In this document: one piece after another, positions 59,126 through 64,000 of the stretch | How the letters are laid out: each line of letters opens with the position of its first letter | Position numbering within the stretch: position 1 is the stretch's first letter | NCBI GenBank assembly: GCA_963749075.1 | Contig: CAVVLJ010000016.1 | Location: forward strand, 256,001-320,000 | Source of the DNA: an uncultured Pseudomonadota bacterium | Lineage (GTDB): Bacteria; Pseudomonadota; Alphaproteobacteria; JACZXZ01 | Direction of reading: 5' to 3' | Length of the DNA: 64,000 nucleotides | The notes under the pieces: generated by a model | Databases searched by the model: none | The model's input: the letters and a program-made list of their open reading frames with translations, nothing else | Told to the model about the DNA's origin: nothing | Program-made: the position numbers and the translations under genes

Positions 59126-60184
59126 TCACTTCGCAATCACCCAGCTGGTGAAGCGTTTCTCGGCGGCCAGCCCGTTCGCCTCCCACCAGGTGTCGTCGGA
59201 GACCAGCGTCACGGCGAGATGCTGGGGCGAGGTGGCGAGATAATCCCGCACGTTCTCCGGCAGGAGCGCCGCATCGCCCTTGTTGCCACCGGCGTAGCCG
59301 CTGAGCTTCGCCTGCTCGGCCTGGCGCTTGGCGTCCTGCATCCAGGCAATCAGCTTGAGCGCGTTGTCGTAGTGCTTGGCGCCCTTGGGGATCGCCCACC
59401 AGGAGGTGCGCAGAATGGCATCCTCCCAGGCGGCGCCGAGCGGCGCCTTGTCCTTGACCACGAGCTGGTAGGGCCTGCCGTTCCAGGCGGTGCCCATCAC
59501 GCAGTCCCTGTTGACGATGACCTGGACGGACTGCGCACCGCTCGTCCACCACACCGCCACGTCCTTCTTGAGTTTGTCGAGCTCCTTGTAGGCGACGTCC
59601 TGATTGATCGGATAGACCTTGTCGCGCGGCACGCCGGCGTGCATGACGCCGAGCTCGAGATTGTCGTAGGCATCCTTCCACAGGCAGCGCGGCCCCGGGA
59701 AGTCCTTCTGGTTCCAAAGATCCATGAGCGACGTCGGGTGCTTGCCCGACATCGGCCAGAGATTGGTGTTCCAGACGAGGACCGTCGAATAGGGTCCGTC
59801 CCAGACCCCGTAGTCGTTGTAGGCATCCTTCGGCAATTCGGCGGTCGGGATCTTCGAGAGATCGAGCTTCCCGAGCAGGCCGTTCTTCGCCGCCCGCAGG
59901 AAGTCGCCGTCGTCGATCTCGGTCACGTCCCATTCGACGTTGCCGCTCATGACCATGGCCTTGAGCTTGGCGTCGTCGACGGGCGCGCTGCTCACCACCT
60001 TGATCCCGGTCGCCTGCGTGAAGGGATCCCAGTGGATCTTACGATTGATGTCGTCGAGCACGCCGCCCGACGAGTTGATGTAGACGACTTTCTCCTGCGC
60101 CAGCGCCGGCGTGGAGAGCCCCCAGGCCGACAGAGCGCCGGCCGCGGCGATCACCGCTAAGACTGTGCGGTACCTTGCTCGCAT
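59126..60184 (-). CDS. PotD-like ABC substrate-binding protein
   Basis: Signal peptide; KLKAMV.SGNVEWDV, DFPGPR, AWNGR. Confidence 0.9.
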   Translation of the reverse strand: MRARYRTVLAVIAAAGALSAWGLSTPALAQEKVVYINSSGGVLDDINRKIHWDPFTQATGIKVVSSAPVDDAKLKAMVMSGNVEWDVTEIDDGDFLRAAKNGLLGKLDLSKIPTAELPKDAYNDYGVWDGPYSTVLVWNTNLWPMSGKHPTSLMDLWNQKDFPGPRCLWKDAYDNLELGVMHAGVPRDKVYPINQDVAYKELDKLKKDVAVWWTSGAQSVQVIVNRDCVMGTAWNGRPYQLVVKDKAPLGAAWEDAILRTSWWAIPKGAKHYDNALKLIAWMQDAKRQAEQAKLSGYAGGNKGDAALLPENVRDYLATSPQHLAVTLVSDDTWWEANGLAAEKRFTSWVIAK

Positions 60185-60218
60185 GGCATCCTCCTTTACC
60201 TGTGCTTGTTGTGCTTTC

Positions 60219-61343
60219 TCACTCGGCCGGGAAGACTCCCATGTCGGCGAAATCCCAGCCGATCGTCACACTTTCGCCGACCCGAAGAAGATCCTTCTTG
60301 TTTCCCGCGATCTCGGCGCTCACGATCTCCCCGTTCTCGAGCGCGCAGCTCACGTCGATGACGTTGCCGACGAAGGTGATCTTGACGACGCGCGCGGCAA
60401 AATGCAGCTCGGGCGGCGGCGCATCGCCGATCCTGACGAATTCGGGCCGGACCGAGACTTGGCACGGTGCGTCGACGGCGACCCCCGCGACCTTCGCCGC
60501 GGCAAAACGCGTTCCGGCATCCGTCACGAGGACCGGCCCATTGGCGGCCGAGCATTCGACGGTGCAGCGAAAGAGGTTCGTCGTGCCGACGAAATCGGCG
60601 ACGAAGCTGCTCGTGGGATGGCGATAGACGGTGACCGGGTCGCCGATCTGGTAGATGCGCCCCTCCTGCATGACCGCGATGCGGTCGGACATGGTCAGCG
60701 CCTCCTCCTGGTCGTGCGTCACGTAGATGCACGAGATGCGCAGGTCCTGCTGCAGCTGCCTGAGCTCGAGCTGCATGTGCCGGCGCAACTTGCGGTCGAG
60801 CGCGCCGAGCGGCTCGTCCATCAGGAGCACGGCCGGCTCGTAGACGAGCGCGCGCGCCACCGCGACGCGCTGCTGCTGACCGCCGCTCAACTGCGCCGGC
60901 TGGCGGCGCCCGAGGCCATGGAGGTTGACCCTTGCCAGCGCCTGGTCGACCCGCGCGCCGAGCTCGCGCGGCTTTACGCCGCGGATGCGCAGCGGATAGG
61001 CGATGTTCTCGAAAACCGAGAGATGCGGGAAAAGTGCGTAATTCTGGAACACGAAGCCGACGCCGCGTCGCTGTGTCGGCTTCAGCGAGACGTCCTCGCC
61101 CGCGATGAAGACCTGACCTGCGCTCGGCATCGTGAGACCCGCGATGATGCGGAGGAGGGTGGACTTGCCCGACCCGCTCGGCCCAAGGAGCGTCATGAAC
61201 TCGCCGGGCCGGACTTCGAGCGACACGTCGTCGAGTGCCGTGACGCTGCCGAAGCGATGCGTGATGCGCAGAAGGTGCACCGCGGCGGCGACCGCCGCCC
61301 GGCCGGCCGCCGTGCCGCGATCTCCATTTCCGCCCGTTGTCAC
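60219..61343 (-). CDS. PotA-like ABC ATP-binding protein
   Basis: [35 protein letters not shown]. Confidence 0.92.
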   Translation of the reverse strand: MTTGGNGDRGTAAGRAAVAAAVHLLRITHRFGSVTALDDVSLEVRPGEFMTLLGPSGSGKSTLLRIIAGLTMPSAGQVFIAGEDVSLKPTQRRGVGFVFQNYALFPHLSVFENIAYPLRIRGVKPRELGARVDQALARVNLHGLGRRQPAQLSGGQQQRVAVARALVYEPAVLLMDEPLGALDRKLRRHMQLELRQLQQDLRISCIYVTHDQEEALTMSDRIAVMQEGRIYQIGDPVTVYRHPTSSFVADFVGTTNLFRCTVECSAANGPVLVTDAGTRFAAAKVAGVAVDAPCQVSVRPEFVRIGDAPPPELHFAARVVKITFVGNVIDVSCALENGEIVSAEIAGNKKDLLRVGESVTIGWDFADMGVFPAE

Positions 61344-61364
61344 TGCGGTCCCATCCGAGCCACC

Positions 61365-63787
61365 TCAAGACGGCAGCGGCGAGCCGGCGGGCGTTCCGCC
61401 GATGACGCCGCGCGCGCGCAAATGGGCGATCTCGCCGTCGCTCTTGCCGAGGATCGAGCGCAGCACGTCGTCCGTGGCACTGTCGAAGAGCGGCGCGCTC
61501 GTCCGCGTGCGCACTTCGGCGCCGCGGATCGAGAAGCCCGGCCGCGGGTGCGGCTTCTCGCCCACGACCGGGTGCGCCACCCGCTCGAAGAACCCGCGCG
61601 CCGAGAGATGGACGTCCCGGTAGAGCTCGTCCACCTTGAGCACGGAGCCGGCCGGCACGCCGCGCGCGGCGAGAGCCTCCATCGCCGCACCCTTGGGCCG
61701 CGCCATGGTCCAGCGGCGCACACGGTCGAGCGCCTCGGACGCCGTGCCCGACGCCTCGAGCGGCGGGCCGCCGATCGCCTCGGCGACGGCGCGCCATTGC
61801 GCGGGCGAGGCGACCGAGACCGCGATCCACTCATCGACGCCGGCAGAGGGCAGCACCTCGTTGAGCTGCAGATCCGGCCGCGCATTGCCGCCCGGCTCCT
61901 CGGGAGTCCCGGTCAGCTGATAGCGGAGCACGGCCTCGCCGATCATGTGGAGCACGCATTCCTGGTGCGAGACGTTCGATCCAGAAGTCCCGCTCCCGTC
62001 TGCGCGCGGCGCATCAGTCCGAGCATCACGGCGAGCGCGCCGTAATGACCGACGAGCGGGTCGGGATAGGCGATGCCGGCGCGGATCGGCATGCCCGGCT
62101 CATAGCCCGAGAGGCGCGCGAGCCCGCCCGCGCCCTCGAGCGTCTCGCCGTAGCCGACGAACTCGCGATAGGGACCCTGGGAGCCGAAGGCCGGCATGGT
62201 CACGAGCACGAGGCGCGGATTGATGTGCTGCACCGTCGCCCAGTCGAGCCCCCACTTGGGCAGCACGCGCGCCGAGAAGTTGTTGATGAGGACGTCGCTC
62301 TGGCGCACGAGCGCGTGCATCAGCTCCCGGCCCTCGGGTGCGTCCATGTTGATCACGGCCGAGCGCTTGTTGCGGTTCCATTCGTGATAGTAGCCGCCGG
62401 TCTCGTGCGGCGGCGACAGATTGCGCGCGTCCAGGGAAACGTAGCGCGTGCCGTCGGGACGGCGGCCGCCTTCGACCTTGATGAGCTCGGCGCCGAGGAA
62501 GCCGAGCTGCAGCCCACTGAACGGCCCCGCCCAGGCGTGGGTCACGTCGAGGACGCGGATGCCGTCGAGCGGCAGGATCGGCGAGGGTGCAGCACAGGAA
62601 CCGGTCGGCCGCCGCGCGCCCGCTCGCCGCAAGGCGCCCTTATGCTCGCCGAGGGCGGGTGCGGGCGCCTCGCGGCTGGCGCCGGTCGAGAAGACGTACG
62701 GCAGCTTGGGATATTTGAGTCGGCCCGCCAACGGATCCTCGACCACCGCGAAATGCTCGCGCGCAAGGAGCTGCGGGTCCTCGAGCAGCTCCGGCACCGA
62801 GGCGGCGATGCACGACGGCAACCGGTGCCTCTGGCATTCGACGAGCGCCTCTCGCGAGCTGAGCGCGGCGAACCAGTCTCTCATCGCGGCCTCGATCTCG
62901 GCACCCCTGCGCAGCCGGCCCGCGAGCGTGCGGAGCTCCTCGTCGGCGAGCCATTCAGGGCGTCCGACCATGGCGCAAAATTCACACCATTGCACTTCGG
63001 TATAGACGCAGATGAGGAAGTAGCCGTCGCGCGTCCGGTAGATGTCGGTGAGCGGCGTCCTGTCCTGCAGGCGATTGCCGTAGCGGCCACGCTCGGCGCC
63101 GAGATAGCTGTAGCGGTTGAGTGTGGTGTCGAGCGCGCTCGCGAGCGCCTCCTGCTCGGATATATCGAGAAAGCGCGGGGAGCCGTCCTGCTGCGAGCGC
63201 AGAAGCGCCGCAAGCGCCACCTCGGCCCCGAGCACGCCGCCGAAGAGCGCCGGCTGGTGACCATAGGGGAGAAGCGGCTCGCGCTCCGCCGATCCGGTGA
63301 GATAAAGATGGCCGGAGAGCGCGAAGACGGTCAGGTCGGTCGCCGGCCGATCAGCGTAGGGGCCGCTGCAGCCGTAGGGCGTGATCGCCGCGACGACGAT
63401 GCCAGGCCGCAGGATGCAGAGAGAAGCGAAATCGAAACCCGCCTCGGCCGCGGCGCGGTCGGTAAGATCGTGAATGACCAGATCGGCGCCCGCCACGAGC
63501 TCGCCGAGCTCCGCGCGCCCCGCGGCGCCATTGCGCTCGAGGACGACGCTCTCCTTGCCGGCGGCGAGGTAAAGGAAAAGGGCGCTCGCCTCGCTGCCGT
63601 CCCCGAGCCGCGCGCGCGGCGCGGCGCGGCGAAGCGGATGACCCTCCGGCGGCTCCACCATCACGACATCGACGCCCATCTCCGCGAGCAGCTTGCCGCA
63701 GAAGGCGACGCCTACCGAGCCACCGAGCTCGAGTGCCGTCAAGCTCGAAAGAAGCGGCCGTTCCGCCGCGCGCGGCGCGTCGCTCAT
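61365..63787 (-). pseudogene. Two-domain CaiB/BaiF family III CoA transferase, frameshifted near 61975-61986 (pseudogene or sequence error)
   Basis: Two CaiB repeats; removing two single-base doublings restores GAGLWIDVSHQECVLHM and joins ORFs 61943-63796 and 61365-61955. Confidence 0.8.
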
Positions 63788-64000
63788 CGCCAGCATCCCT
63801 CGACGCGATCGTAGCTCTTGGCGAGCGCATCGGCACCGCTCCCGATCAGCAGCTGCTTGGCGATCTTCTCCGATGCGGTCTTCGGCAGGCTGTCGCGGTA
63901 CTCGATGTAGCGCGGCACCTTGAAGCGGGCGAGATTGGCCTCGCAGTGTGCCACGATCCGTGCCGGCGGCACGGCATCCGCCGTCAGCCCGGGCTGCAGG
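63784..64000 (-). CDS. C-terminus of CaiC-like AMP-dependent CoA ligase (partial)
   Basis: LARFKVPRYIEY..LPKT.SEKIAK; stop overlaps CaiB ATG. Confidence 0.8.
   Translation of the reverse strand, partial: LQPGLTADAVPPARIVAHCEANLARFKVPRYIEYRDSLPKTASEKIAKQLLIGSGADALAKSYDRVEGCWR

Noticed and set aside
1-64000. CRISPR arrays, tRNA/rRNA, prophage, integrase, retron or defence genes
   Set aside because: None recognised by eye; no regular repeat-spacer array seen; not excluded by computation

Overview
GC-rich alphaproteobacterial DNA (taxon inferred from the cysG-DUF2849-cysI-DUF934 order, SAM-II riboswitches, MucR and CCCTCTCCC-type palindromes). It has three parts. (1) 1-17.4 kb is core-like: a sulfite assimilation cluster, an orphan higA beside a higB remnant, a rhodanese-metZ operon, and a fadL-fadD-fadA-fadN beta-oxidation cluster. 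The rhodanese-metZ leader contains a promoter, two SAM-II-like aptamers separated by a terminator, and a 22-codon uORF. (2) ~17.4-47 kb is a visibly lower-GC accessory island starting at an intact IS630. It carries IS5 elements, pseudogene debris, two LysR-linked catabolic/ABC modules, an XRE regulator and MucR. (3) 47-64 kb holds two convergent PotABCD-type operons: DUF3830/GntR/enolase/RutD-like, and CoA ligase/CaiB/amidohydrolase/two Kal-like hotdog proteins/FAD oxidase. Best candidates for new biology are the multi-layer SAM leader, the tandem Kal-like amine-catabolic operon, and an ACTGAGT-based direct-repeat motif at three module junctions. All calls were made by eye; no searches or computations were run.
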